Shown here: positions 23,025-34,379 of the stretch, piece after piece | How the letters are laid out: each line of letters opens with the position of its first letter | Position numbering within the stretch: position 1 is the first letter of the stretch | DNA from: Isurus oxyrinchus | Taxonomy: Eukaryota | Length of the DNA stretch: 64,000 nucleotides | Assembly (NCBI GenBank): GCA_026770705.1 | Contig: JANJGN010000007.1 | Coordinates: 109,616,001 to 109,680,000, forward strand | Reading direction: 5' to 3' | Notes under the pieces: model-generated | Databases searched by the model: none | What the model saw: the letters and a program-made list of their open reading frames with translations, nothing else | What the model was told of the DNA's origin: nothing | Program-made: the position numbers and the translations under genes

Positions 23025-23430
23025 GAGGAGAGGAGAAAAGGAGACGGCTAAGAGGAGATTTGATAGAGGTGTTCAAAATCATGAGGTGGGTGGAAATAGT
23101 AGATAGAGAGAATTGTTCCCACTTGTAAAACAATCAAGAACGATGAGATTTAAAGTGATTTGCAAAAATATCAAATGCGATGTGAGAAAAAACTTTTTCT
23201 CCCAGCAAGTGGTTCAGTGGAATGCACTGCCTGGAAGTGTGATGGAGGTAGGTTCAATCAAGGTATTCAAGAGGGCATTAGATGATTATTTAAATAGAAA
23301 CAATGTGCAGGGTTATGGAGAAAAGGGAGAATAATGGTGCTGAGTCTTAATGCTCATTTGGAGAGCCAGTGCAGTTATGATGGGCCAAATGTTCTTCTGC
23401 ACCATAACAATTCTGCGATTCTGTGATAGA
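23025..23430 (+). mobile_element. CR1 3' tail inserted into a SacSINE1-like element (paralog 58375-58765)
   Basis: RLRGDLIEVFKIM...KNFFSQ...WNALP...FKRALD; the SINE sequence resumes at ~23430. Confidence 0.7.
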
Positions 23431-23995
23431 CAATGAGATCAGCTTTTGGATGATATTGCTTGAGGGATTTATGCTGACCAGGACACTGGGACTTCACGAC
23501 TTTTTTAAATAGTGCCATGAGATTTTATACTTGCACCCGAGTGGGTAGTCCTGTACTTGGCTTATTGTTCCATCTGGATTGCACTGAATTTCAGCCCATG
23601 AGCCCAAGCCTCTGAAGTGCTGCTTGAATTCAAACCCAAGGCTGTTAAATACGGTTATTCTATCTACAATTAAATCAAATCTATGAAATTATAATAAATC
23701 AGTCTAGAACCAGAGGATAAAGATTTTTGATTGAATGCGAAAGCTTTAAGAAAAAGGACAGGAAAAACAGACAGAAATTCATAGGTTTGACCTAATAGCT
23801 ATTACAGGGATGTGATTGCAAAGTGACCATGGTTGGCAACTAAATATTCATGATACTTAACTTTTAGAAGACATAGGCAAAATAGAAAAGGAGGAGGATA
23901 GCCGTGAAAATAAAGAATGGGGTGAAGTCAGTGGAGAAAAAATGGATCTTACTCAGAAAATCAAGAAGTGGAATCAGTTAGGGTAGAGCTAAGAA

Positions 23996-24205
23996 CATGG
24001 AAGGTGTGTTCATGATGTGGCCAAAGAGGTTGATCATCAACCTGTAAATCCTTCCAATATGCCTGATGGCAGGCAGAAAGAGCTGGTGAGTTTCCTGGTC
24101 AATCATACTGCAGAAGGCAACAGCAAACTACTGCAGTACTTTGCCAAACATAACAACTGAGCAATGCAATGGTCGCCATGGGCATGGTACCTGAAGGAGG
24201 AAGGG
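23996..24205 (+). mobile_element. ~210-bp short retroposon (RTE-SINE-like) with TSD GAGCTAAGAA (paralog 59339-59557)
   Basis: TSD at 23986-23995 and 24206-24215; GAAGGAGGAAGG tail; internal GAAGGCAACAGCAAACTACTGCAGTA resembles the RTE/Bov-A-type GAAGGCAATGGCAAACCAC motif. Confidence 0.6.
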
Positions 24206-24924
24206 GAGCTAAGAAAAAGCAAGGTGCAGAAACATTGTTAGGAGTTATTTGTAGGCTACCTAGCTTTAGTTGTGGTGTAGGGCAGATTATAAATCAGGAA
24301 ATTCGACATGCATAAAATAAAGATAATACAGTAGTCAGCAGGACAGTAATCTTCATTTAGGCTGTACAGACCAAATTGGCAGTAACAGTGTGGAAGGGGA
24401 AAAGTTCATGGAATGTATAGAAGATAGTTGTATAAGTCAGTATGGTAAGGAACCAGCTAGGGAACAGGCAATTTTGGATTTAACATTGTGCAATGAGAAG
24501 GAGTTGATTAATAGACTTGTAGGGACCTTTGGGGAAGAGTGGCCATAAAATAATAGAATTTTATATTGAGTTTGAAAATGATTTAGTTAAGATTGAAACT
24601 AGGCTCTTAAATTTTAAAATAAACTATGTGGATGAAGATAAATTGGGAAACTACATTAAAATGATGACAGTGGACAAGCAATGTCTAGCACTTCAAGAAT
24701 TGCGACATGGTTTGCATCAACTATAAATTCCTTTAAGACACAAAAAAATCCACTGAAAAAGTGGTTCAACCATGGTTAATCACAGGAGCTATGGAAAAGA
24801 AATGGTCAAGGAAGAAATTTACAATGTTGGAAATGAGCAGTAAGCCTGAGTATTATGAAGAGTATTAATATTCAGAAAAGGAGGGCCAAGAAATTGATAA
24901 GGAGAGAGAAAAGAGACTAAAAAA

Positions 24925-26155
24925 AAAGAGGTTAACAAATTTGATTGAAATTTTTGAGGAGGTGACTAGTTGTGTAGATGAGGGTAGTGCAATTGCTGTC
25001 ATCTACATGGACTTCAGTAAGGGTTTTGACTAGGTCCCACATGGGATAATAGTCAAGTTGGTTAAGAGCCCATGGGATCCAGGCAATTTGGCAAATTGGA
25101 TCCAAAATTGGCTTAATGGCAGGAGGCAGAGGGTGATGGTCGAAGGTTGTTTTTGTGATTGGAAACCTGTGACAAGTGGTGTACTACAGGAATCGGTACT
25201 GGGACCCTTGTTGTTTGTAGTGTGCATGAATGATTTAGACATGAATATAGTAGGTATGATCTGTAAGCTCATAGATGACACAAAAATTGGTATTGTAAAT
25301 AGTGAGGAGGAAAGCCTTAGGATAATGTAGATGGGCTGGTAAAACGGGCATAGCAGTGGCAAGTGGAATTTATTCCAGAGAAGTGTGAGGTGATGCATTT
25401 TGAGAAGACTAACATGGAAAACGAATACACAGTGAATGGTAGGACCCTGGGCAGTACAGGGGATCAGAGGGACCTTAGTATACATGTCCACGGACCCTTG
25501 AAGGCAGCAGCACTGGTAGTTAAGGTGGTTAAGAAGGCAGATAGGATACTTGCCTTTAATGGCTGAGAAGTAGAATATAGGAGCAGGGAGGTTATGTTGG
25601 AGCTGTATAAAATGCTAGTTAGGCCACAGCTGGAGTAATGTGTGCAGTTCTTGTCGCCAGACTCTAGGAAGGATGTGATTGCTCTGGAAAGGGTGCAGAG
25701 GAGATTCAACAGGACGTTGCCTGGGCAGGAGCATTTCAGCTATGAGGAGAGATTGGGTTGGCTCGGGTTGTTTTCCTTAGAGCAGGGAAGGCTGAGGGGG
25801 GACATTATGGGTTCATAGATAGGGTAGATAGGAAGAAGCTTTTCCCCTTAGCGGAGTAGTCAATAACCAGGGGGCACAGACTTAAGGGAAGGGGCAGGTG
25901 GTTTAGAGGGGATTTGAGGATTTTTTTTTCACCCAAAGGGTCATTGAAACTTGGGACACACTGCTTGAGGGGTTGGTAGGGACAGGAGCCCTCACAACAT
26001 TTAAGACGTATTTACATGAGCACTTGAAATACCATAGCAAGCAGGGCTACAGGCCAAGTGCTGGAAAATGAGATTAGAATACATGGGCGACTGTTGGGCA
26101 GCACAGACATGATGGGCCAAAGGACCTGTTTCTGTGCTGTATAACTCTATGACTA
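24925..26155 (+). mobile_element. Second CR1 subfamily nested in the long CR1 (paralog 60260-61375)
   Basis: WIQNWLNGRRQRV...SVLGPLLF...DDTKIG; ends in a CTCTATGACT tail. Confidence 0.8.
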
Positions 26156-29027
26156 AATTCATAAAAACCGATTGTGGTTTTTTTCTATATATATGTAAAT
26201 TGAAAGAGATTACTGAAAGTAAATGCGGGTCCATATGAGGCAGAGAAAATTGAAATTATAATGGGGAATAAGGAAGTGACAGAGACATTAAACATATTTT
26301 GTATCTGCCTTCACGGTGGGAAGAAATATTCTGCAAATTATGAGCTACCAAATGTCTAGCAAAATTGAGGAACTTGAAAATCAGTATGAGTAGAAAAATA
26401 GTACTGGAGAAATTAATGGGGCTAAGGTGACAAATCCCTGAACCTGATAACCTGCATCCTGGGTTTTAAAGGAGGGAGCTGCAAGTGATAATGGATGAAT
26501 TTTTGATCTTCCAGAATTCCTTAGATTTGAAAACAATTCCAAAGGAGTGGAAGGTAGCAAGCATAAACCCAACTATTTAATAAATGAGAAAGAGATAAAG
26601 CTGCGAACAATGAACCAGTTATTCTAACATCAGTAGCAGGCAGAATGGAGAATCTATTGTTTGGGGCATGGTAACAGGGCACTTAGAAAATCATAATATG
26701 ATTAAGCAGAGTCAACGTGGATTTAGGAAAGGAAACTTATGTTTAACGAATCTGTTAAGGGTTTCTGAGAATGTGACTAGAAAGATGGATAAAGGCTAGA
26801 TAGTGTATTTGGATTTTCGAAAAGCATTCAATAAGGTGCTGCACAAGGGGTTATTAAACAAAATTAGGATTCATAGGATTTGTGATAATATATTAGCATG
26901 GATGGAGAGAAAACAAAAAAGTAGGGCATTTTTAGTTTGACAGGCTGCAGTTAGCAGGGTGCCACAAGGATCAATATTTAGATCTCAGCTACTTACAATC
27001 TATATCGGCAACTTAGATAAGGGGAGTGAGTGCAATGTAGTCAAACTTGCTTATGGTACAAAGTTAGATGGAGAAGTAAACCACGAGGAGAATGCAAAGA
27101 GGCTGCAGAGAAACATAGACAAGTTGGGTGAGTGGACAAGAGCAAGGCAGATGAAACAATATGGTGAAGGTGAAGTTGCCCACTTTGGTTAAAAAAAATA
27201 GAAAAGCAGAATATTTTTTGAATGGTGAGAGGCTGGGAAGATGTTTCATTTCAGAGGGACCTGGGTGTTCTTGTACAAGAATCACAAAGTTAACATGCTG
27301 GTACAGCAAGCAATTAGGAAGGCCAATGATGTGTTAAGTTTTGTGGCAAAGGGATTAGAGTATAAAAGTAAAATTAGTCTCACTACAATTATACAGGGCA
27401 TTGGCGAGACCACACCTGGAGCAGCATGTGCAGTTTTGCTGTCGGTACTTAAAGAAGGACATACTTGCCCTAGAGGGAGTGCAACAGGGGCTCAGAAGAA
27501 GATGAGGGAATTGTCCTATGAGGAGAGGCCGAGTAGACTTGCCCAATGTTTCCTAGAGTTTAGAAGAATGTGAGTTGATCTAATTGAAACCTGTAAAATA
27601 TTTTAAAAGAGGCTTGATGGGATAGAGAGTGTTTCCCCTGCCTGGGGAATCTAGAACAAGGGGTGACAGTTTCAAAATAAAGGTCGAGCATTTAAGACTG
27701 AAATGGAGCGAAATTTCTTCACTCACAGGATTGTGAATCTGGAATTATCTACCCCACAGGGCGGTGGTTGATTGTATTGATGCAGGGATCAATAGATTTT
27801 TGAATACCTGGGGAATTAAGGGATATTGCAACAGGGATGAAAGGGGTATTGGGACAGGGATGGAAGGGATATAAGGATAGTGCGTGAAGGCCGAGTTGGC
27901 TAAAATGTCAGTCAAGATCTAGCTGAATGGCGGAGCAGGCTGGAAGGGTCAAATGTCCTTCCTCAGGTCATATTTCTTACTTTCTTTTCTTAGGTTCTTA
28001 ACATCGACTAGATAAGCCAGACGGTCCACTTTCCCGGTATATCTATGCTATAAATAATTTGCGTTCAGCAATATGATGCAATAATTAAACAATAGCTTGG
28101 TGCTGTGGGTAAAAGGCGAATCGCTGGATGAAACTGAAATTGTCATTCTTTACCTTTCCTGTTTTGTCATAAGGTTCAAAATATCTGGAATGTTGAAGAA
28201 AACGACTAGATAAAAGTCGTTGCACTCTGCATTTACAACGGCAGGTGCGTGAAGGGCCAGCTAACTTCAGGCTAGTGACAGCATTTTTAAAATACACCAA
28301 ACATCCTAATTTTTATTAGAATTCAGAAATACTGTTTGTTAGCTAAGGTCATAAATTATAGGGCACAATGTGCACCACAAATTAAATCCCAAGGCTAACC
28401 ATTGATTCAAACGACGATTAAAGATTCGCCTCAGACTCAGACCTTGAATTTTCTTACCCAGTTATTAGTTGGCTCAACTATTTATTCGTGCGCATCAAGG
28501 TTGAAGTGAATGGTTGTGATTAAACCCACTGAATTGTCTGTTAACAGCTTGGCAAGAACATACATTTGATACAAAGTTGAAATAAGTTTTTAACATTTAA
28601 ATACTTTTACTTTATAGGGATAGAAGAGTTTGTTATGTAGATTTGGGATTAATCTTTTGGGTATTTCACTTAGACCAGAGGAAGAGCCGGCGGGCCAGAT
28701 GCGGCAGACACTCTCTCCATAGGGAGACGGGTCCTGTTGAAGATCGCTCCTGAAATAACAGCCGCAGCACTAAAACGCCTTCTAATAACTTCATTTAGGG
28801 ACGTATTTCGCTCGTGTAATCCCGGAATTTCGGTATTTGCTAACCTGATTTTTGTGTGTAGCCCGTGAGTTAAAACAAAATGATCAGTTAATACAGGATA
28901 CAAACAAAATACTGCGGATGCTGTAAATCTAAAACAAAAACAGAAAATGATGGAAAAACTGAAGTCTAGCAGCATCTGTGGAGAAAGTTGCAGTTTGTTG
29001 TAATAATTCTCAACAATACTTTAGGGC

Positions 29028-29243
29028 AAAAACAGAATTACCTGGAAAAACTCAGCAGGTCTGGCAGCATCGGCGGAGAAGAAAAGAGTTGACGTTTCGA
29101 GTCCTCATGACCCTTTGACAGAACTTGAGTTCGAGTCCAAGAAAGAGTTTTCTTCTCCGCCGATACTGCCAAACCTGCTGAGTTTTTCCAGGTAATTCTG
29201 TTTTTGTTTTGGATTTCCAGCATCCGCAGTTTTTTTTGTTTTT
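29028..29243. mobile_element. Mini Penelope-like insertion with TSD ACTTTAGGGC
   Basis: Inverted pLTR ends; TSD at 29018-29027 and 29246-29255; minus-strand hammerhead remnant. An older Penelope end lies next to it at ~28900-28990. Confidence 0.85.
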
Positions 29244-30699
29244 ACACTTTAGGGCGACTGGGAGTGATTTTGGCAATAATGCTAAACGAATGATATCAAT
29301 GGGAATAAAACATTGGAGAGATGGGCTTGTCGATTCGCTATCAACCCTCTTCGTTCAGTAATGTACCTCTGACTACATAGAGGGTAATTTAATTTTGGCC
29401 TGTTGTTTAAAATGCCTTTGATACTCCTAGTCGGAGCATACTTAAACAAATTAAGCAAAGGCAGAAGACCTGCGGATACATTAAATTGCAGACTGTATCA
29501 ATTACAGGTGGCGGTAATACTTTCATGTTTGATTTACAACACCGTCTGATGCTCAAGAGTCGAGCAATAACTAGAGTCGGCGGAATGCCACAATGCGGTT
29601 ATAATCCTCTATCTTTAAAATCTCTCTGATCCGAGTGAAATTGCATTCTGAGTTTGGGAGAATTGACGAACTGGAACAATTGGTTCAAAATAACATCGTT
29701 GACGACCATTTCGCTCCAGATTCCCAATCAAAAAAATCTCCACTCGTGTCTAACGCCGACCGTAAGAGACAGATCCTACACAACATCCTTTAACGTGAAA
29801 CATTCTTCACACTCCAGTGGACAAGTTTCCATGTTATTCGGATCTGTTTCTGTTCAGTTCCGCGGAAATACCTCCAATGTATCCTGGAGAAGAACTTTGA
29901 AATTCTCAGTATTCTTCTGATGAAGAGACATTCGATTTAATCATTAACTCTGTTTCTTTCACCACAGACACTACCAAACTGGCTGAATATTTCTAGCACC
30001 TTCTGTTATTATTATATAAAAAAGATTCCGTCCTGCAGCCGCCCAGCAAATACCTTAGCCCAGGTTTATGCTTCTGTGTTGCCAAGCCCTCGATTTTCAT
30101 TTCAGAAAACCCCGACTAACTTTTTGAAGGGAGTAATAATGAAAGATTTTAAAAAGTGCGTTAAAAGTAGCGGATTTTGTTCTAAACGTAAAGGACTCAA
30201 GACTGGAGGGTTAATTAGCGATTTCACCGGACGCGAGGCGATAGATAATTGCAAGCGCTTGTTATATTTCTCAACCACGTCTTGTAACTGTTAGAAAAGA
30301 TTGTGAAGTATATATTTTAAAATGAATGTCACTTTCTGCAGAAAATGATTTCGAAATAGCAGTTAAAGCACGTCTCACGGAAACCCCAGAACCCAACAGA
30401 CAAATGCCGAGGTATGAGTCGATTTGCGCAATACTCAGCATTTTATTTTTTTGTTCTGAGCTTTCACTAACAAAAGCGCTGACCTTCTGTGGCCAAATTC
30501 TGCCAGCTTCAAACCACAGTCATAATGGCCGGCTGTGCATTGTAAATGTACCATAAGGAAGGATCACAAATGAGAAATTAATGACAGTTTTATCCATCCC
30601 AGCCGTTCCTCACCCCATCCCTCTGTCCTATATCACTGGACCCTATTATTTGTAAATGTAACTGCTATATTTTCCACTTCGCTGTGAATGATTACTCAC

Positions 30700-31005
30700 C
30701 GCTTACATCCAGCTGTGTGCCGGTCCCATTTCCAGTAAATTCTCCTTCCACTCTGCAATAATAGACTCCAGCGTCTCCAAAACGCACCTTCTGGAGGCGC
30801 AGAATGGCGCTCGCTTTGCTCTCAACCCTGAAGCTTCTCCTGGGATCGTGCTGCGAGTTTAAGAATTCCTGTTCGCCACCTTTCCACCAGCGCACTACAA
30901 TTTTATACTTATCTCTGAACAGCGGGAACGAGCAGTGAAAAGTCACCGTCTGTCCTGTGGTTGCATTTTTCTTAGGAGGTAATTGTACCACATTGCCGGC
31001 GACTA
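30700..31005 (-). CDS. Gene A exon 2: V-set Ig domain with germline-encoded J-like G strand
   Basis: Polypyrimidine tract plus TGCAG acceptor and AGCG|GTGAGT donor. B-strand Cys (TVTFHC), C-strand Trp (VRWWK), DxGxYYC motif, and GxGTxLxV motif (GTGTQLDV). Confidence 0.93.
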
Positions 31006-31273
31006 CTGCAAAAAACAAAAACACAAAACATGTATTTCTGGGAGGAAGAGGGCGAGTGGAATACCTCTGGAAGGAAACGGGACAAAAATAATTGAATTCG
31101 ATATATCTCCTTTCTTGAATATAGAGCGACCAGAAGAAACTCTATAAGGAACAATATAAAACTACTTCCGCTCTAACTTGCGATGCAATTTGACACATAT
31201 ACACTCTAATTATTCCCATCAGCTTAATTTACAGCCTTTTCGATGTAGGGGTTGTTAAACTGAAGACACGTAC

Positions 31274-31328
31274 CTGTGCAAGAAAGGGCCAGGATGAGTA
31301 TGGGCTGAAGGTGGGTTCTTCCAGACAT
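31274..31328 (-). CDS. Gene A exon 1: signal peptide (MSGRTHLQPILILALSCT)
   Basis: ATG at 31328-31326, hydrophobic core ILILAL, donor ACAG|GTACGT in phase 1. Joins the V exon to give ...SCTVVAG|NVVQ, a plausible signal-peptidase site. Confidence 0.8.
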
Positions 31329-31369
31329 ACTGACATTTGGAACTGAGTACCGGCTGAGCACCAGACCCT

Positions 31370-31600
31370 CAGCTGGTTGGGCGGGGCGCGGGGAGAGGAA
31401 GGTGACTTTGTTTTCCAGTTAATGCAATGTGCAATCGTTCGATATCAGGCTTACAATCTTCCGGTTTCAATACTGGGTGCACTTTGTAAGTAAAACCTGC
31501 AAGCCACGGTGTGAGCTGTAAGCATAAATTGCAGCGGTTTAGATCTCACCAACTTTTGAAAGCCTATTATCTAAACCTGAAATCAAAGGTCACGTCATGC
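31370..31600 (-). promoter_or_regulatory. Putative proximal promoter of gene A
   Basis: Immediately upstream of the ATG: E-box CAGCTG (31370-31375), GC box GGGCGGGG (31379-31386), ETS-like GAGGAA (31395-31400), and overlapping ATCAAAG / AAAGGTCA / TCACGTCA (31582-31597). The 28-31.8 kb region is visibly richer in CpG than its flanks. Confidence 0.4.
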
Positions 31601-31777
31601 GCAAGAAGAGGTGTTGGGGATATTAGTCTGTGAGGTGGGGGGGGGGGGAGCTGTGTTGTCCACTCGGTTTCCTCTCTTGAAGCCAGTGCCGCGGGCATCA
31701 CACACCCACACACGCACGTTAGCTGCACAATTCACAGCTGCACGAAAGCTAAACGCGCAAGAGGCTCCACCACCCTC

Positions 31778-32655
31778 GAGAGGGAGGGGGCGAGGGAGGG
31801 AGGGGAGGGAAAGGGGAGGGAGGAGGGGAGGGGGAAGAAGAAGAGGAGAGGGAGGAGGAGGAGGGGGAAGGGGGGCGGGGGGAAGGAGAGGGGAGAAGGG
31901 GATGGGGGAGCAGTGGGAAGAGGGAGGGATGGAAGGGGAGGGTTTGTGGGGGGATGGGGTGGGTGTGTGGGGATGGGGGAGGGTGTGTGAAGGGGTCGAG
32001 GTGGGGGGAGGAGGTGGAGGAGAGGGGAGTGGGAGGCGGGAGGGAGAGGGGAGGTGGGAGGGAGAGGGGAGGGCAAGGTAGGAGGGAGGGTGTAGGAAGT
32101 GAGGTGGTGGGGAAGAGTGATGTGGGGAGCAAGGGGGTGATGTGGGGGAAAGGGGCGAGGTGGGAGGGAGGGGGAGCAGTCGGAGGGCAGAGGAGGCAAG
32201 AGGGGAGGGATCAAAATGGGAGGGGACGAGGTGGGAGGGGGAAGGGAGACATGGGAGTGGGGAGAGGGCAGTGGAGGGAATGAGGTGGGAGTGGTTAGGG
32301 TACGGGGAGGGGATGTGGGGGGAGCATGGAGGGGATGATGTAGTTGGGAGGGGGAAGGGTGTGAGGTGAGGTGGGGAGGGGCAGGGGAGGGGTCAAGGGA
32401 GAGGGGGTGGGGGCAAGGGGGACGTTGTGAGCTGGGAGGGCAAGGGGGTGAGAGGCCAAGGGGGTAGGAGGGGTGTTGGGAGGGGGAAGGGGGCGAGGTG
32501 GGGAGGGGTGAGGTGGGGAGGGGTCAAGAGGGAGGTGGGGGAGCAAGGTGTGGGGAGGGCCAAGGTGGGGGGGTAAGGGAGGCAGGGGGCAAGGTGGGGA
32601 GGACAGGGCGAAGTGGGGAGAAGGGGACAAGGTGAGGATAAGGAGGTGAAGGGGG
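31778..32655 (+). repeat. G/purine-rich low-complexity tract (~880 bp)
   Basis: Dense GGG/GGGG runs separated by A/T; very few C residues. Confidence 0.95.
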
Positions 32656-34375
32656 GCAAATGTTCTGGACTCCTGGTCGATCCATGGTGGGTGGATCCCT
32701 GCCCAAAGAATCCTGGCCAGCGAACTGGCAGGAGCTGGAGACCAAAGTCACCAATCGCTTGCAGTGCTGGACAGGACTGCTCCGAGTGCTGTCTTACCAG
32801 AGTCGACTGCTGGTCGTAAACCAGTTGATTGCCGCTGTGTTCTGGTACCAGCTGCTCACTTTGACCCTTCCCCCAGACTTTGTCACAAAAATCCAGATCA
32901 TTCTCTTCGATGACTTCTGGGACAAAAGGCTGCACTGGGTCACTGCTGAGGTTCTGAGTCTCCTGCTTAGGGAGGGCGGTCAGGTGGTGACTTTCCACCT
33001 TCAGGCCCTGCAGCAATACTGTTACATCCTCTCCAAGATGGTGTGCTCTGGTGAGGTATTTCTTCTGCCAGGTGCCGAGCCTGAATTATGATGTGCAGCT
33101 CCTGTTTGTAGATTGGAGGGGCCTTTGTGGCTCCTTGCAGACATTGCATATCTTTTACCAGGACCCAATCAAAGTCTGGAACATGGTCATCACGCAATGC
33201 AGCTCTTTGTTATCAGGAGTAGGGGATATCATCAGAGAGCCGCTGCTCAGGAATCCACCCTTCCACCCTTTACAGTGGCTGGTGGAGTGGAGGGCTGTGG
33301 CTGCTGTGGTGAGCAGGATCAGGAATGTGCTGGGTAGTGGATGAGTGGGCTGGATGCTTCCATAGGAGTTGGTGCCTCGTGCGTCCGTGGATGAATGGCT
33401 CGCAGCCAGTGCCATTCATTACATTAAGACAGTCATGCTCAGCCCTGGCATCACCCCAGTTCTTGAGGTGTCACAGCGCGTGGTGGTCTTCCATCTGAGC
33501 CTATCCCTGTTCGGACGGATTGCCACATTGGCTCCAGGACCAGAGCCCTCCCTTGGGCGCCGGTGCCCTGCAACCTGAGTCACCTCACAGAATCGCCCTC
33601 CTTGTCCTTTAGCATGGCACAGAAGTGTTTCCTGTATGGGCTGCTGCTGCACACCCTTCCTTGTCCTCGCCCACCTCCCAGACACCCTGGCGTGCCTTGG
33701 TACCGTCCAGCAGCGGAGGTCCACTGTGGGGTGTCCTCTACGGGGGTGTTCTCCCAGTTTCTACTGGGGACATGAGGTGGAGGGGGTTGCATGCAGCAGT
33801 CTCATACAGCAGTCAGTTGCGTCAGTTCACAGGCTCCCAGGATAGCATCTTTTGCGGCCTTGTGGGGACTGTGGACCATATATTATTAGGATGTCATAGG
33901 CTGCACACCCTTTTCAGTTTGCGGAAAAACATTTTACTGAAGTTTTGTTTGAATTTCAGTCCCACGCTCCTGATTTACGGGCACCCAGTGCAGAGGGGGG
34001 CGCTGGGAGGGAGGAGGATCTCCTCGTGAACCTGCTCCTGGGCCCAGCCAAGTTGGCCATTAATAGGCCCAGTCAGTGGGCAATCGAGGAGGTCGTCTGA
34101 CCCGACTGTCTGCCCCTCTTCCATGGCTATGTCCACAGCCAGTGTCCCTGAAGAGGGAGCACACGGTTTCAGCCAGCACTGTCAAGGCCTTCCATGCCCA
34201 GTGGGCACCGCTGTGACTGGGGTGCTTTATTCACCCTCCCAATCACATTTTGGTTTAAAGTTTGTAAGTTTCCTTTAAATTGTCTTTTTGTTTGCATTCT
34301 CCTTAATTCAAGGGGCTACTTTTATTTTGTCCCTCATTTTGTTAATTTAGTTTAATTGGATGGACGCAAAAGAGT
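32655..34375 (+). mobile_element. 5'-truncated Tx1-type LINE (ORF2 C-terminus with Zn-finger remnant and T-rich 3' UTR)
   Basis: NWQELETKVTNRLQCWTG...LSYQSRLLVVNQL...FWDKRLHWV; IFCGLVGTVDHILLGC is a CCHC remnant. Confidence 0.85.
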
Positions 34376-34379
34376 TAAT

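Larger units (their letters stand above)
23740..27970 (+). mobile_element. Long decayed CR1 LINE (endonuclease to RT to tail) with nested insertions (paralog ~59080-63230)
   Basis: Endonuclease remnants (EQAILDLTLCNE), QSQRGF.KG, DFRKAFNKV, PQGS and a CR1 tail. Confidence 0.8.
2250..28740 (+). repeat. Segmental duplication unit A, a direct tandem paralog of ~39250-64000
   Basis: Collinear matches of unique and repeat DNA, e.g. 5030 with 41872, 7046 with 43852, 16045 with 54580, 21615 with 56945, 28670 with 63920. Roughly 85-92% identity by eye. Confidence 0.93.
7046..31328 (-). other. Gene A: five-exon IgSF type I membrane receptor (leader-VJ-C1-TM-cytoplasmic), 327 aa; non-rearranging antigen-receptor-like (NKp30/PRARP/VJ-C1/SIRP-like architecture)
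   Basis: Exons of 55+306+297+120+206 nt = 984 nt join in one open frame through GT-AG phase-1 introns. Protein: MSGRTHLQPILILALSCTVVAG-NVVQLPP...TVTFHC...VRWWK...DAGVYYCRVEGEFTGNGTGTQLDVS-ASPHP...LTCLCKTSEFYPADVTIVWHKDG...FICEVYHSTL...-ENESNPIFPWWIYLCGAIALLLLIIALALCCKFCCCKKSK-AHGNN...RDATCA*. Confidence 0.85.

Noticed and set aside
30648-30686. CACAGCG heptamer-like sequence 13 nt into the intron after the V exon (possible RSS)
   Set aside because: No ACAAAAACC-like nonamer at 12 or 23 nt spacing. It also lies after the J-like strand and splice donor, where an RSS would make no sense.
7046-31328. Calling gene A a TCR/Ig chain, NCR3 (NKp30), NCR3LG1 (B7-H6) or SIRP
   Set aside because: No separate J segments or RSSs, no charged or CART-type TM, a C1 exon unlike NKp30, and no ITIMs. 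Orthology cannot be assigned without a search, so no symbol is given.
31611-32754. Gly/Arg-rich and Pro-rich ORFs on both strands
   Set aside because: By-products of the G-rich low-complexity tract, which lacks stop codons.
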